From positions 416,001-480,000 of the forward strand of contig CAWCNY010000004.1 in the NCBI GenBank assembly GCA_963797095.1: DNA of 64,000 nucleotides, given 5' to 3'. The notes under the pieces are model-generated. The model was not told the origin of the DNA, ran no database searches, and was given only the letters and a program-made list of their open reading frames with translations. Positions within the stretch are counted from its first letter, which is position 1. Each line of letters starts with the position of its first letter. Position numbers and translations under genes: made by a program. This document shows positions 38,040-48,539 of this stretch, in pieces. This DNA comes from an uncultured Chloroflexia bacterium (GTDB taxonomy: Bacteria > Chloroflexota > Chloroflexia > QHBQ01 > JADMIH01).

Positions 38040-38509
38040 GCACCCTCAACGACGACCTGATGGATACCATCGAGTTCCTGGTCAACCGGCACAGGCTGCA
38101 CACCCGCCTGCCGGTGGAACTGGGCCCCCTGCTCGACCGCTTCGAGCTACGCAAGCACAACTTCACCCCCATGACAATGGGCTTCGCCCTGGTGCGCCCC
38201 AAGAGCATCCACATCGGCATAAATAAGAACCTGAGGGTCGATGAGCAGCGCATGGCAATAGCCCATGAAGTTGGGCACATTGTCGCCAACCAACCGGGCC
38301 AACTTTTCGTATGCCGTACCAGCGATTGGTCAAAAGAGAAGGACGAGCGCGAGGCCCACTTGATAGCTGCCTGTCTCCTGGTCCCCTTGCGGGTGGTCGC
38401 CGAAAACTATTACCCGGGCTCCATCGACCAGCTTGCGCGCGCTCTCAAAGTGCCCGCCAACCTGGTGGAGCTACGATGGTCCTTCGCCCGCGTCCACGGC
38501 GATATCTGA
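38036..38509 (+). CDS. ImmA/IrrE-family metallo-endopeptidase
   Basis: RMAIAHEVGH (HExxH) and EREAHLIAACLLVP; ATGA overlap with the XRE gene. Confidence 0.88.
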   Translation: MSTLNDDLMDTIEFLVNRHRLHTRLPVELGPLLDRFELRKHNFTPMTMGFALVRPKSIHIGINKNLRVDEQRMAIAHEVGHIVANQPGQLFVCRTSDWSKEKDEREAHLIAACLLVPLRVVAENYYPGSIDQLARALKVPANLVELRWSFARVHGDI

Positions 38510-38529
38510 GATCAACAGGCTTTATCGCG

Positions 38530-38964
38530 GTGAGATACACAAAAGTCCTAGCCTATATCACACGCCCCGGTAGAAACGGCAGACCTGAGCTTCTGGTGTT
38601 CGACCATCGCTACTACCCTGATGCAGGCACCCAGGTCCCGGCTGGCACGGTGGAAGAAGGCGAGCGCATAGAGGATGCGCTGCACCGCGAGATCATGGAA
38701 GAAACAGGTTTAGGTAGTTGCGCTGTCCTGGCGAAACTTGCCGTCCACGATTGGGAGAACCCCGACACTCATAATATTCACGAGCGGCACATCTACCACC
38801 TGGCAGCCCCCGAAGGCACTCACGATAATTGGACGTGGATTGAGACCGACGGCGGCAAGGTGTTGGAACATGAGGGATATGTCTTCCTGTTTCGCTGGCT
38901 TCCCCTCGATGGTGAGATCGACCTGGCAGGCAACCAGGGCGACTGCCTCCACCTCATCCGCTAA
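38530..38964 (+). CDS. NUDIX hydrolase
   Basis: GTVEEGERIEDALHREIMEETG Nudix box. Confidence 0.88.
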   Translation: MRYTKVLAYITRPGRNGRPELLVFDHRYYPDAGTQVPAGTVEEGERIEDALHREIMEETGLGSCAVLAKLAVHDWENPDTHNIHERHIYHLAAPEGTHDNWTWIETDGGKVLEHEGYVFLFRWLPLDGEIDLAGNQGDCLHLIR

Positions 38965-39650
38965 GAATCGACATTCGGACTATCCCCTATAGCCCTCACC
39001 ACGGTGGCGGCAAATACATGCTCGGTCCCCTTCGCCATCAGCGCGAAGGCACATTCGGATAGCGCTGCACCCGTAGTGCAAACGTCATCAACCAGGAGCA
39101 CGCTCAATGGTGCGGCCTCACCCGCCCATTGAAAGGCATCGCGCACATTCTCCGCCCGCCCCTCCGCATCCAATCCTACCTGGGAGCGCATCGCCTTCAC
39201 GCGTACAAGCTCCTCGCGCAACTGCCAACAGGTAATCCGGCAAAGCTCTCGCGCTAATAACTCGGCCTGGTTGTACCCTCGCAAGCGCTTCTTCGACGGG
39301 TGCAAAGGCACAGGAACCACTACGGGAGGCGCATCGTCGTCGGCCACCCATCGCTCGTCCAATGCCAGCGCCTCGGCCATCATGGCGGCGAGCGGCCTGG
39401 CGAGGGGGCTATCGCTTTCGTACTTCAACCGGTGGATCGCCTGGCGCAATGGCCCGCCAAATACCCCGCCGCAAATCAACGCCTCGATCCGCTCGACCTC
39501 AGCCCAACCTGCGGGCACTGGCACAGTGGCAGCGGCGCAATCGGCGCACAGCAGCATACCCCGCCTGTTACATCCTGCACAGCGCGGTGGGTAGATTATG
39601 TCAAGCAGGAAGCCCCAGGCTCGCGGAAGCAGCGCCTCCTTCAACCTCAT
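38961..39650 (-). CDS. comF: ComF-family phosphoribosyltransferase-like protein
   Basis: CAGC...CADC zinc ribbon, [21 protein letters not shown]. Confidence 0.85.
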   Translation of the reverse strand: MRLKEALLPRAWGFLLDIIYPPRCAGCNRRGMLLCADCAAATVPVPAGWAEVERIEALICGGVFGGPLRQAIHRLKYESDSPLARPLAAMMAEALALDERWVADDDAPPVVVPVPLHPSKKRLRGYNQAELLARELCRITCWQLREELVRVKAMRSQVGLDAEGRAENVRDAFQWAGEAAPLSVLLVDDVCTTGAALSECAFALMAKGTEHVFAATVVRAIGDSPNVDS

Positions 39651-40660
39651 CCCCCGATATGAGACATCTCCACTTTGGGCTTGTGTGCGGTCTCGACGGT
39701 CCTGATCTCCGAATAGCGGTCCTGCCGCTTGCGCCAGATTGTCGCTACCTTCTCAGATATCTCCTCGTCGCTCTGGCCACCCCGCAACATCCCCCGAAGG
39801 TCGTGCCCAAACGCCCCAAACAAGCATGAATAAAGCAAACCCTCGGACGAAAGTCGCGCCCGCGTGCAATCGCCGCAGAACGGCTGCGTCACCGACGAGA
39901 TAATCCCGATCTCACCTTCGCCGTCCTTGTACCTGTATCGCTTCGCCACTTCGCCCCGGTAATTGGCGTCGATAGGCTCAATGGGCAACTCGGTATTGAC
40001 CATCCGCACGATCTCGGCGGCCCCAACCACATCATCGAGCCGCCAGCCGTTGGTGGCTCCCACATCCATGTACTCAATGAACCGCAGAATAATGCCCATA
40101 TCCTTGAAATGCCGCGCCATCGGCAAGACCGAGTCCTCGTTCACTCCGCGCTTCACCACCATATTGACCTTGATCGGCCACAATCCAACCGCCCGCGCCT
40201 CTTCGATGCCCTCAAGCACCCTCTCGACGGGGAAATCAACGTCGTTCATACCCATGAATACATCGTTATCGAGCGAATCGAGGCTGACTGTCACCCGCTG
40301 CAAACCTGCATCCTTAAGGGCACGCGCCTTGCGCGCCAGCAAGGCGCCATTTGTGGTGAGGGTGAGGTCCTTCAAGCCGGGCAGCGGTGCGAGCATAGCT
40401 ATCAGCCGCTCGATATCCCGGCGTACCAGCGGCTCGCCCCCGGTGATCCTCAGTTTCTCCACTCCCAACCCCATAAATATGCCCGCCAGCCGCGTGATCT
40501 CCTCGAAACTGAGCAGCGCCGAAGCCGGGAGGAACTTGAAATCCCGCCCAAATACCTCCTTAGGCATACAGTAGGTGCAGCGAAAATTGCACCTGTCTGT
40601 CACAGAGATTCGGAGGTCATGTAAGCGCCGGTTGAGCAGGTCGGTAGGTCCATCATGCAT
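39647..40660 (-). CDS. moaA: GTP 3',8-cyclase MoaA
   Basis: [33 protein letters not shown]...CLF, C-terminal MSHIGG. Confidence 0.95.
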   Translation of the reverse strand: MHDGPTDLLNRRLHDLRISVTDRCNFRCTYCMPKEVFGRDFKFLPASALLSFEEITRLAGIFMGLGVEKLRITGGEPLVRRDIERLIAMLAPLPGLKDLTLTTNGALLARKARALKDAGLQRVTVSLDSLDNDVFMGMNDVDFPVERVLEGIEEARAVGLWPIKVNMVVKRGVNEDSVLPMARHFKDMGIILRFIEYMDVGATNGWRLDDVVGAAEIVRMVNTELPIEPIDANYRGEVAKRYRYKDGEGEIGIISSVTQPFCGDCTRARLSSEGLLYSCLFGAFGHDLRGMLRGGQSDEEISEKVATIWRKRQDRYSEIRTVETAHKPKVEMSHIGG

Positions 40661-40836
40661 AACACAATTATACCATCTGAACACCAACTCAGTCCCAATT
40701 TTCGCGGGCCGCCATTGCAATCCCCAGCATATTTGTTCTCTGCTATAATGAAGACCACTTGACGTGGTACGCTTGTTGCTAAATAAAACGTCACTCGAAT
40801 CCCCTCCGACTACCGACTACCAACAACAAATAACCA

Positions 40837-41364
40837 ATGAAAGACATCCTCCAGGGCAAGTGGCTCAAACACCCTCTGCACCCCATAATGGCGCACATCC
40901 CCACTGCGCTTTGGCCCGCCGCGCTTCTGTTCGACATCCTCGCAGCGTTCGGTGTCGGCGGCAACGCGATGGTGCAGACCGCTTTTTACTGCATCGCCTT
41001 TGGCCTAATCGCCGCCTTCGGTGCTATCCCCGCCGGGCTTGCCGATTGGTGGGACATCAAGCCGGGCAAGCCCGCACGCACCATCGGTATCTACCACCTG
41101 TCGATCAACGTGACGATAACGGTCCTCCAGATTATCAGTCTCCTCCTGAGGGTTGGCGACCTCACCACCGCTACCACTGTTCCAACCCTGTCGCTTGTGC
41201 TCTCCGTCATTGTCACCCTCGCACTTTTTGTGTCGGGCTACCTGGGTGGGCGTATGGTATATGACCAGGGGATCAGCATAGCGCGGCTGTCCAAGGGCGA
41301 GTGGCGCGAGCGTGCCGAGCGCGCAGGCTCAGCCGTCCCCAAGAAGGAGGGAGCCGAGGGATGA
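40837..41364 (+). CDS. DUF2231 membrane protein
   Basis: HPLHPIMAHIP, GLADW, H, SGYLGGRMVY. Confidence 0.85.
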   Translation: MKDILQGKWLKHPLHPIMAHIPTALWPAALLFDILAAFGVGGNAMVQTAFYCIAFGLIAAFGAIPAGLADWWDIKPGKPARTIGIYHLSINVTITVLQIISLLLRVGDLTTATTVPTLSLVLSVIVTLALFVSGYLGGRMVYDQGISIARLSKGEWRERAERAGSAVPKKEGAEG

Positions 41365-42206
41365 TCCTGAAGGATTTTCTGCAAGGCAAGCCCCTGGGAC
41401 ATCCCCTCCACCCGCTGCTGGTGCACTTCCCCGTGGGCCTACTGGTGATCAGCCTCCTGTTCGACCTCTCCATATTCCTCGGCCCAGGCAACACCGCCAT
41501 ACGCGGGGCCTTCTACACCATGCTCGCGGGTTTCGTGATGGGCGTCCTCGCTGCCATCCCAGGCCTCTTTGATTGGGCCGACATCCGACCCGATCACGTC
41601 GCCAAAAAGCCCGCCACTACCCACATGTGGCTGAACCTCGCCCTGCTCGCCATTGTTGCGATCAACATCGCCACCCGCATCCCCGCCCTCGAAGACAGCA
41701 CAACACCCGTAGCCTCTTTGATCCTGTCACTGGCAGGAGCTGGCATTATAAGCATCTCAGGCTACCTGGGAGGCAAGATCGTCTACGATGATGGCATAGC
41801 TGTAGGCAGGCACAGGCGTCATGCATCCAGCCCACCCGCCACGCTAAAGCTGACCGAGAAGAACGGTGCAAAGCCAGGCCAGTACGTAGAAATATTCACC
41901 GAGGATAAACTGGGAGAAGGCGAAACAATCCGACTGGAGCTTCTAGGCAACATCATGACCCTGGCAAGGGTCAACGGTGAGTTTTGCGCCTTCCAGGAGT
42001 TCTGCTCCCACCGCTTCGGCCCGCTTTCAGAGGGGAGTTTCGAGGGCAATCAGGTGCGCTGCCCCTGGCACAACTCCTGTTTCGACGTGCATACAGGCAA
42101 AGTAACCAAAGGCCCGGCCAAGCTAGACATCAAGACCTATGAAGTCCGAGTAAACGAAGGCAAAATCGAGGTCCGAGTTCCCAACACCCCCGCCGAAGGA
42201 GACTAG
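41361..42206 (+). CDS. DUF2231 membrane domain fused to a Rieske [2Fe-2S] domain
   Basis: HPLHPLLVHFP, SGYLGGKIVY; CSHR...CPWH Rieske ligands. Confidence 0.88.
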   Translation: MILKDFLQGKPLGHPLHPLLVHFPVGLLVISLLFDLSIFLGPGNTAIRGAFYTMLAGFVMGVLAAIPGLFDWADIRPDHVAKKPATTHMWLNLALLAIVAINIATRIPALEDSTTPVASLILSLAGAGIISISGYLGGKIVYDDGIAVGRHRRHASSPPATLKLTEKNGAKPGQYVEIFTEDKLGEGETIRLELLGNIMTLARVNGEFCAFQEFCSHRFGPLSEGSFEGNQVRCPWHNSCFDVHTGKVTKGPAKLDIKTYEVRVNEGKIEVRVPNTPAEGD

Positions 42207-42216
42207 CAAGTTCATG

Positions 42217-42295
42217 GTAGCCGGTAGCCGGTAGCCGGATCTTCAGGCTAAATACTCGCTACTCGTCACTCGCTACTCGTCACTCGCTACTCGTC
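42217..42295. repeat. Heptamer tandem repeats (GGTAGCC)x3 and (YACTCGY)x6
   Basis: Read directly between convergent genes. Confidence 0.85.
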
Positions 42296-44855
42296 AAATC
42301 AGCTTATGATCCACCGCGAACCGCACAGCCGCCGTGCGCGAATTAACCCCTAGCTTGCTGTAGATCGACCTCAGGTGCACGTTCACCGTCAGCGGGCTTA
42401 TTATCAACCTCTCGGCCACCTGGTTGCTGGTCAGCCCGAACGACACGCACCTGAGCACCTCGACCTCGCGCTCAGTGAGACCCGCCGGATAAGGTGTATG
42501 CGATGCTGCTGTGCCCTGCACAACTGATGGGGGTGCGGGTGCTGAGGGCGCTGTCGTGCTCTCGGGTATATACAACGGCTCGGCGTCCGACGCGTTGAGC
42601 GCCTGTTCCGGCGACATTGCCCTACCTTCCACCCACACGCCTTCGAAGATGCGCTCGCCCAGGGCGGCGTGCAGGCGCGCAATCTCCCGGTTGTAACCCT
42701 CGATATCGGCGGGTGTGCGCGGTGTGCCCGTAGCTTCGCGCAGTGTATCTACGGCCCCCAGCAATCTACCTGCGCGACGCGGCTGTTCTTCCGACAGCGC
42801 CACCCCCGCCAGACCCTCGAGTGTATCGACCATCCCGCTCTCGTCGCCAAGCGCCAATCGCAACGCGATGCTGCTCTCAAGAAGCGATTTGGCGCGGGCC
42901 ACGTTCCCCCGGGCCAGCACCGCACGCCCCAGGTTGTTCAGCGAAATGGCGATCCCGGCCTTGTCACCAAGCTCCTGCCGCATTTTGAGCAACTCTTCGT
43001 GTAGCTCCACCGCGCGTTCGAGGTTGCCCCTGTACACCTCCAGGCCGCCCATATTGGTCAGCGAGATAGCCACCCCCCATTTGTCGCCCAGTTCGCGGCG
43101 TATCTCCAGCGCCTGCTCCTGGTAGGTCATCGCCTTGTCATATTCGCGCGTATTGATATAGAGGCTGCCCAGGTTGCTGAGCGACGATGCCATCCCCCAC
43201 TTGTCGTCCAGTTCCCGCCTGATTTCAAGGGCTTCCTGGTGCAATGCCGCTGCGTGCTCATAGTCGGCCTGCGATACGGCCACCGCACCCAGGTTGTTGA
43301 GGGAAGCGGCCACCGCCATAGGGTCGCCCATCTCGCGCCGCAAAGCCATGCTCTTCTCAAAGAAGTCGCGTGCTACCTCAAGCTCGCCCTGCGAGTAAGC
43401 AAGCACTCCCGCGCCATTGAGGGCCATCGCTCGCGCCGCGATAGGCAGCGCTGGATCATCCGCAGGTACTCGCGACAACCACCTGCGCCCCTCGCTCAAA
43501 TACCCGCGCATGAGCCAGAACCGCCACAGCCCTCCGGCCAGCCGCAAAGCGCCCTCGGCGTCGCGCACCCTCGAAATGTCTGCCCCTTCCCCAACCAACA
43601 TCCACGCCAGGGCTGCCCTGATATTATCGTGCTCGGCCTCCAGGCGTTGGAGCCATTCTGCCTGCTCTCCGCCTGTCAGTTTCACATCGGCGGTCTCGGC
43701 CAGTTTCAGGAAATAGCCAGCATGCTTTCGATGCGCCTCTTCGCTCTCCCCTTCCGCCTCCAATTTCCCTGCTGCATATTCGCGCACCGTTTCCAGCATT
43801 AGATAGCGCGGTTCCGCCCCATCTCCCCCCGCTCTCCGCAAGAGGCTGGCGTCGAGCAAGCTCTCAATCTGCGCGAACGGTTCCTCGCCTGATGGGCACA
43901 CCTGCCCCGCTGCCTCCAGCGTGCAGCCACCTATGAACACCGCTAAATGCCTGAACACTTCCTTTTCTACGTCGCCAAGCAGGCCATAGCTCCACTCCAT
44001 AGTAGAGCGAAGTGTCCGCTGGCGTGCAGGGAGGTCGCGTGGTCCGCCCACCAGGATAGGCAACCTCTTGTCCAGGCGAGCAAGCAGCGCCTGGGGGGTG
44101 AGGCTCTTTATGTGGGCCGCTGCAAGCTCAATCGCCAGGGGAAGCCCATCCAGCCTGGCGCAAACCTCGGAGATCGCGGGGGCGTTTTCTTGCGTTAGTG
44201 CAAAATCGTGCTGCACCGCACGCGCCCTCTTGACGAACAGCGCCACCGAAGGCACGGTCTCAAGCACAAGGAACAGAGCGCCCACCGAATCGGCGGCTCG
44301 AAACTCGTGGCTCGGTACTTCCAGCGGCTGCACATCGTACTCGTGCTCTCCGCTCACCTTGAGGGTGGCCCGGCTGGTGACCAACAACTTAAGACCGGGG
44401 CATTCGCGTAGCATCTCCACCAGGGTTGGCCCCGCATCTACCACCTGCTCGAAGTTATCCAGCACAAGCAGCGTATACCCAACTGAAAGCCGCTCGGCCA
44501 ATTCTGTTAGCAGGGGAAGATCGCCGCCCTCGCGCAGCTTCACCGTCTCGGCGATGGCCTGCAACACCAGGTTCGGGTCGCTAACCGGCGCAAGGTTCAC
44601 GAAGAAGACCCCGCCCTCGAAGTCCCACAGTACGTCCGCCGCCACCTGCAAGGCAAGCCGCGTCTTGCCAACACCGCCTGGCCCTGTCAGGGTTACGAGG
44701 CGCACATCAGTGCGCTGAAGCAGGGCACGCACCCCCTGCACATCCCGCTCGCGCCCCAGCAGCGTGGTGATCTGCGCTGGCAGGTTATTGGGAGGCGGCT
44801 CTTGCCGCTCGACTTCCAGGTCTGTGATTACTTCAGCCGGATCGCCCTCTGTCAT
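42294..44855 (-). CDS. STAND/NB-ARC ATPase-TPR-LuxR transcriptional regulator
   Basis: GPGGVGKT Walker A, LVLDNFE, LDGLPLAIELAA, TPR repeats, LTEREVEVL...TVNVHLRSIYSKLG. Confidence 0.92.
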   Translation of the reverse strand: MTEGDPAEVITDLEVERQEPPPNNLPAQITTLLGRERDVQGVRALLQRTDVRLVTLTGPGGVGKTRLALQVAADVLWDFEGGVFFVNLAPVSDPNLVLQAIAETVKLREGGDLPLLTELAERLSVGYTLLVLDNFEQVVDAGPTLVEMLRECPGLKLLVTSRATLKVSGEHEYDVQPLEVPSHEFRAADSVGALFLVLETVPSVALFVKRARAVQHDFALTQENAPAISEVCARLDGLPLAIELAAAHIKSLTPQALLARLDKRLPILVGGPRDLPARQRTLRSTMEWSYGLLGDVEKEVFRHLAVFIGGCTLEAAGQVCPSGEEPFAQIESLLDASLLRRAGGDGAEPRYLMLETVREYAAGKLEAEGESEEAHRKHAGYFLKLAETADVKLTGGEQAEWLQRLEAEHDNIRAALAWMLVGEGADISRVRDAEGALRLAGGLWRFWLMRGYLSEGRRWLSRVPADDPALPIAARAMALNGAGVLAYSQGELEVARDFFEKSMALRREMGDPMAVAASLNNLGAVAVSQADYEHAAALHQEALEIRRELDDKWGMASSLSNLGSLYINTREYDKAMTYQEQALEIRRELGDKWGVAISLTNMGGLEVYRGNLERAVELHEELLKMRQELGDKAGIAISLNNLGRAVLARGNVARAKSLLESSIALRLALGDESGMVDTLEGLAGVALSEEQPRRAGRLLGAVDTLREATGTPRTPADIEGYNREIARLHAALGERIFEGVWVEGRAMSPEQALNASDAEPLYIPESTTAPSAPAPPSVVQGTAASHTPYPAGLTEREVEVLRCVSFGLTSNQVAERLIISPLTVNVHLRSIYSKLGVNSRTAAVRFAVDHKLI

Positions 44856-45040
44856 CCTCGCCCTCGACCAGGATCGACCCGCATCCTGCTGTGAGTAAGT
44901 CGAGCATTACTCCGGTGAGCGCACCGCACAAAGGCGTCCACATGTGCGCTCCACCGGAGCAAACTCGATTGGAGAGAGTCTAACCCATCAATACATACGA
45001 ACAGTATGCCAAAGGCGATTTATTATACCACCGTCCGCCC

Positions 45041-46237
45041 TCAAGAATGTGTGAACACCTTTTCTCCGTTCACATAGACACTCTCAGGACGTTGGTAAAT
45101 ATCCAGCGGGTCGCCCGACCAGATCACCACGTCGCCATCCTTACCGGGCGCGAGGCTACCGATCCTGTCGGCTGCCCCCATAATCTCGGCTGGGTTGAGC
45201 GTAACCAGCCGCAGAGCCGTCTCTCGCGGCAACCCCTCTTTCACGGCCATAATAAGTGACAGGGGCAAATACTGTATGCCCACCACCCAGTGATCTGTGG
45301 TAAGCGCGACCTTCACGCCCGCCTTCACCAGAATGCCGGGTGTAGCCAGCGTCCTGCCCCGCAATTCGACCTTATACTTGGTCGAAAGGTTCGGACCGAC
45401 CACCGCCGGGATGTCGCGCTTAACAAGCTCATCGGCAAGCAGGTGCGCCTCCGTTGCGTGGTCAAGCACCATATTAAAGCCGAACTCGTCCCTGATTCGG
45501 AACGCGGTCAGGATGTCGTCCGAACGATGTGCGTGCCATCTGATAGGGATCTCCTTGCGCAGCACCATAGCGATATTTTCCATCTTCAAATCGCGCTCGA
45601 AGGGCTTCGATGGGTCGTTCTGGACCCGTGAGGCTTCCTCTTTCGCTATGTAGTTCTGTGCACGCACAAGGTTCTCGCGCATGAGACCGGCCACCCCCAT
45701 CCTGGTGGAAGGCATCTTCCTCTGGTCGCCGTAGCTCCGTTTCGGGTTCTCGCCCATGGCCGCCTTTAAACCCGTAGGATGCCTCACAACCATTTCATCG
45801 ATCCGCGTGCCGTGTGTCTTAAGCAGCACCGCCAGCCCGCCGATCACGTTGCCGCTCCCCGGCATCACATTTACCGCCGTAATTCCTCCCGACAGGGCAT
45901 CGGCGAAGGCAAGATCGCCCGGATAAGTGGCGTCAATAGCGCGCACCTGCGGTGTTACCGGGTCTGTGCCTTCGTTAGTATCGGCCCCTTCGCGTCCCAC
46001 GCCAAGCTCGCCTATGCCCACGTGGGTGTGCGCGTCTATGAAGCCCGGCGTCACTACTTTGCCCTCGGCTGACACCACCAGCGCGTCCGGTGGCACCTCT
46101 ATCGAGTCCTCGGACCCCACCGCAGTAATCTTACCATCGTCTCCGATCAACACCGTCCCGCGCTCCCACACTACGTCGTCCCCGCCTTCTCCAGGCTCCA
46201 TTGTTAGCACGCGTCCGCCCTTGATCGCAATTGTCAT
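45041..46237 (-). CDS. Amidohydrolase family protein
   Basis: PGFIDAHTH, KAAMGENPKR, HAHR, TDH, GSLAPGKDGD. Confidence 0.9.
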   Translation of the reverse strand: MTIAIKGGRVLTMEPGEGGDDVVWERGTVLIGDDGKITAVGSEDSIEVPPDALVVSAEGKVVTPGFIDAHTHVGIGELGVGREGADTNEGTDPVTPQVRAIDATYPGDLAFADALSGGITAVNVMPGSGNVIGGLAVLLKTHGTRIDEMVVRHPTGLKAAMGENPKRSYGDQRKMPSTRMGVAGLMRENLVRAQNYIAKEEASRVQNDPSKPFERDLKMENIAMVLRKEIPIRWHAHRSDDILTAFRIRDEFGFNMVLDHATEAHLLADELVKRDIPAVVGPNLSTKYKVELRGRTLATPGILVKAGVKVALTTDHWVVGIQYLPLSLIMAVKEGLPRETALRLVTLNPAEIMGAADRIGSLAPGKDGDVVIWSGDPLDIYQRPESVYVNGEKVFTHS

Positions 46238-46546
46238 TGGGAAATCTCCTTTCGCATATATTATCCAGCTAACCTGTTGTAACACTCCATTAGACATATG
46301 TCAAAGGGATAAGCGGATGGGTCCTATCCACCAAATACGCATTCTACGCTACCACAAGATACGATTTATTACGTACCTCAACTGTTGACTTATGTCTACC
46401 CGATCCGCTATCCTCACTACGCGGTTTGAGGCTTCTGTTATGCTTATGGCCGTTTCGGGGATATGTTCACCCACCTCTACGGGTGGCAATTATTCACTGT
46501 ACCCCCTTCTATGGGTGTACATAACAATCTAGTTTGGAGGCGCAAT

Positions 46547-47644
46547 TTGGGATTGATCGCACGGGTAAGGAGGACCATAGGAGCAGCAGCTTTACTTCTT
46601 CTACTTCTTGTAGGCTTCATGGCAGCCACACCCCTGCACACCTACGCGGCCACACCGGTCGTAGTGGGGGGGACGGCTAAAGTGACCAACACCGACGGCG
46701 ACAATATTCGCGTAAGGGCAGGCGCGAGCACTCAGTATAATAAGATCGGCGTAGTCCAGGAAGGCGATATCGTCTCGGTGCTGGATGGGCCGGTTATAGA
46801 TAGCGTAAACATCAAATGGTTCAAAATTAACGAAAACGATCTCACTGGCTGGATGATGGCCGAGTTCCTGGTGGGCAAAGATATTCCCGCTGGGGCGCAA
46901 CCGCCCGCTCAGACCCAGTCCCAGGAACCGGCAGGTCCCACGCTTGAGGGCTTCGCCCGCGTAGCCAACTCCGACGGCGACCCGGTGCGCATTCGCACCG
47001 ATCCAAGCCGCGACGGCAGCATCATCTCCAAGTTCGCGGAAGGCACGACGGTAGCGGTCAAGGATGGCCCGGTAGTGGACGCCGAAGATATCACCTGGTA
47101 CAACATTTCCGCGGATGGAATCACCGGCTGGATGATGGCTCAGTATCTGGTCCAGGCCGATGCACCCCCTTCAGACCCTGCCCAGGCTGAATCTGCCAAC
47201 GAGACTATGGCCCCGCCTGAACCGGCAAGCCCACCTGCCGCCGCTGAGCCGGCTTCGGCCCCTTCAAGCCTCGGCCAACAGGCGGTCAATATAGCCATGA
47301 AGTACCTGGGCTACCGCTACGTTTACGGTGGCACATCCCCCAGCGGCTTTGATTGCAGCGGGTTCGTCTATTACATCTATCACAGGACGCTTGGCGTTCC
47401 GGTTTCCCGCGATATGTACACCCAGTACAACAGTGGCATACATGTCAGCCGCAGCAATCTGCAACCAGGCGACATGATCTTCTTCCAGAACACATACAAG
47501 CGCGGCCTGTCGCACGCCGCCATCTACATTGGCAACGGCAAGTTCATCCACGCCGAGAACGAATCAACCGGCGTCACAATCAGTTCGCTCTCCACATCGT
47601 ACTGGAGCAGCCGCTGGTACGGAGCCACCAGGCCAGGCAGATAG
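46547..47644 (+). CDS. Secreted NlpC/P60 (C40) cell-wall peptidase with two SH3b domains
   Basis: GGAGG then TTG start; two N-x-DGD-x-x-R-x-R...GWMMA repeats; YVYGG, GFDCSG, SHAAIYIG, FIHA. Confidence 0.92.
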   Translation: MGLIARVRRTIGAAALLLLLLVGFMAATPLHTYAATPVVVGGTAKVTNTDGDNIRVRAGASTQYNKIGVVQEGDIVSVLDGPVIDSVNIKWFKINENDLTGWMMAEFLVGKDIPAGAQPPAQTQSQEPAGPTLEGFARVANSDGDPVRIRTDPSRDGSIISKFAEGTTVAVKDGPVVDAEDITWYNISADGITGWMMAQYLVQADAPPSDPAQAESANETMAPPEPASPPAAAEPASAPSSLGQQAVNIAMKYLGYRYVYGGTSPSGFDCSGFVYYIYHRTLGVPVSRDMYTQYNSGIHVSRSNLQPGDMIFFQNTYKRGLSHAAIYIGNGKFIHAENESTGVTISSLSTSYWSSRWYGATRPGR

Positions 47645-47667
47645 CATACAACCCACCCCCGAATCGA

Positions 47668-47699
47668 GAAAAGGCATCCTGCATTGAGGATGCCTTTTC
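47668..47699. terminator. Likely bidirectional intrinsic terminator
   Basis: GAAAAGGCATCCT-6nt-AGGATGCCTTTTC perfect 13-bp stem between convergent genes. Confidence 0.8.
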
Positions 47700-47789
47700 C
47701 CGTCAATTCAACCTGTTGCTTACTTCGTACCGCTCATGTTCATGCCATCAGGCAATACGCAATACGCAATACGCAAAACACACTATCCA

Positions 47790-48533
47790 CTACGCGTATT
47801 CGTCCGCGACGATATGCCCGTCCTGCACCCTTATGATCCTGCGCGCATTTGTGGCAAGCAGGCGGTCATGCGTCACGAACACCACTGACTTACCTTGAGT
47901 ACTCAGCTCCAAAAGAAGTCCCATGACGTGCTCGCCTGTGGCTGTGTCGAGGTTGCCAGTCGGCTCGTCTGCGATAATGATCGGTGGGTCGTTCGCCAGC
48001 GCCCTTGCGATAGCCACCCTTTGCTGTTCCCCACCCGAAAGCTCGCTCGGCAAATGGTCTGCCCGAGCCCGCAACCCCACACGCGCCAGTAGGGCAAGCG
48101 CTCGCTCACGCCGCTTGCTCCCGTAAGTATTCAGGAAATCCATCGGCAAGATCACATTCTCCAGGGCCGTCAGCGTCGGTAGTAGCTGAAAGAACTGAAA
48201 CACGATCCCGACGTTGGCCCCGCGCCATTGCGCCAATTCATTCTCGTTCATCAGGTGGAGCGGCCTTCCCGCCATCAGCACCTGCCCCTGTGTTGGGCGG
48301 TCGATCCCCGTTATCATGTTAAGAATGGTCGACTTACCGCTCCCCGACGGCCCCACAATCGCCGTGAACTCTCCCGCGTACAAAGTGAGGTTCACTCCCC
48401 GCAGGGCCACATACTCCCGGTTCCCCATCGGATAAGCCTTCACCACATTCAACAACCTTCCAACCGGCACCTTGCCCGGAACATCTCCCGGCATCGAAGG
48501 AACGGTCCCGTTCCTTTGCGCTAGTGTTGCCAT
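47790..48533 (-). CDS. ABC transporter ATP-binding protein (LolD/MacB-like)
   Basis: [37 protein letters not shown]. Confidence 0.92.
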   Translation of the reverse strand: MATLAQRNGTVPSMPGDVPGKVPVGRLLNVVKAYPMGNREYVALRGVNLTLYAGEFTAIVGPSGSGKSTILNMITGIDRPTQGQVLMAGRPLHLMNENELAQWRGANVGIVFQFFQLLPTLTALENVILPMDFLNTYGSKRRERALALLARVGLRARADHLPSELSGGEQQRVAIARALANDPPIIIADEPTGNLDTATGEHVMGLLLELSTQGKSVVFVTHDRLLATNARRIIRVQDGHIVADEYA

Positions 48534-48539
48534 TCGCTC

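Noticed and set aside
46380-46545. c-di-AMP (ydaO) riboswitch expected upstream of an NlpC/P60 gene
   Set aside because: Only short local hairpins; the conserved GCTGAATCC/GGGGGA motifs were not found.
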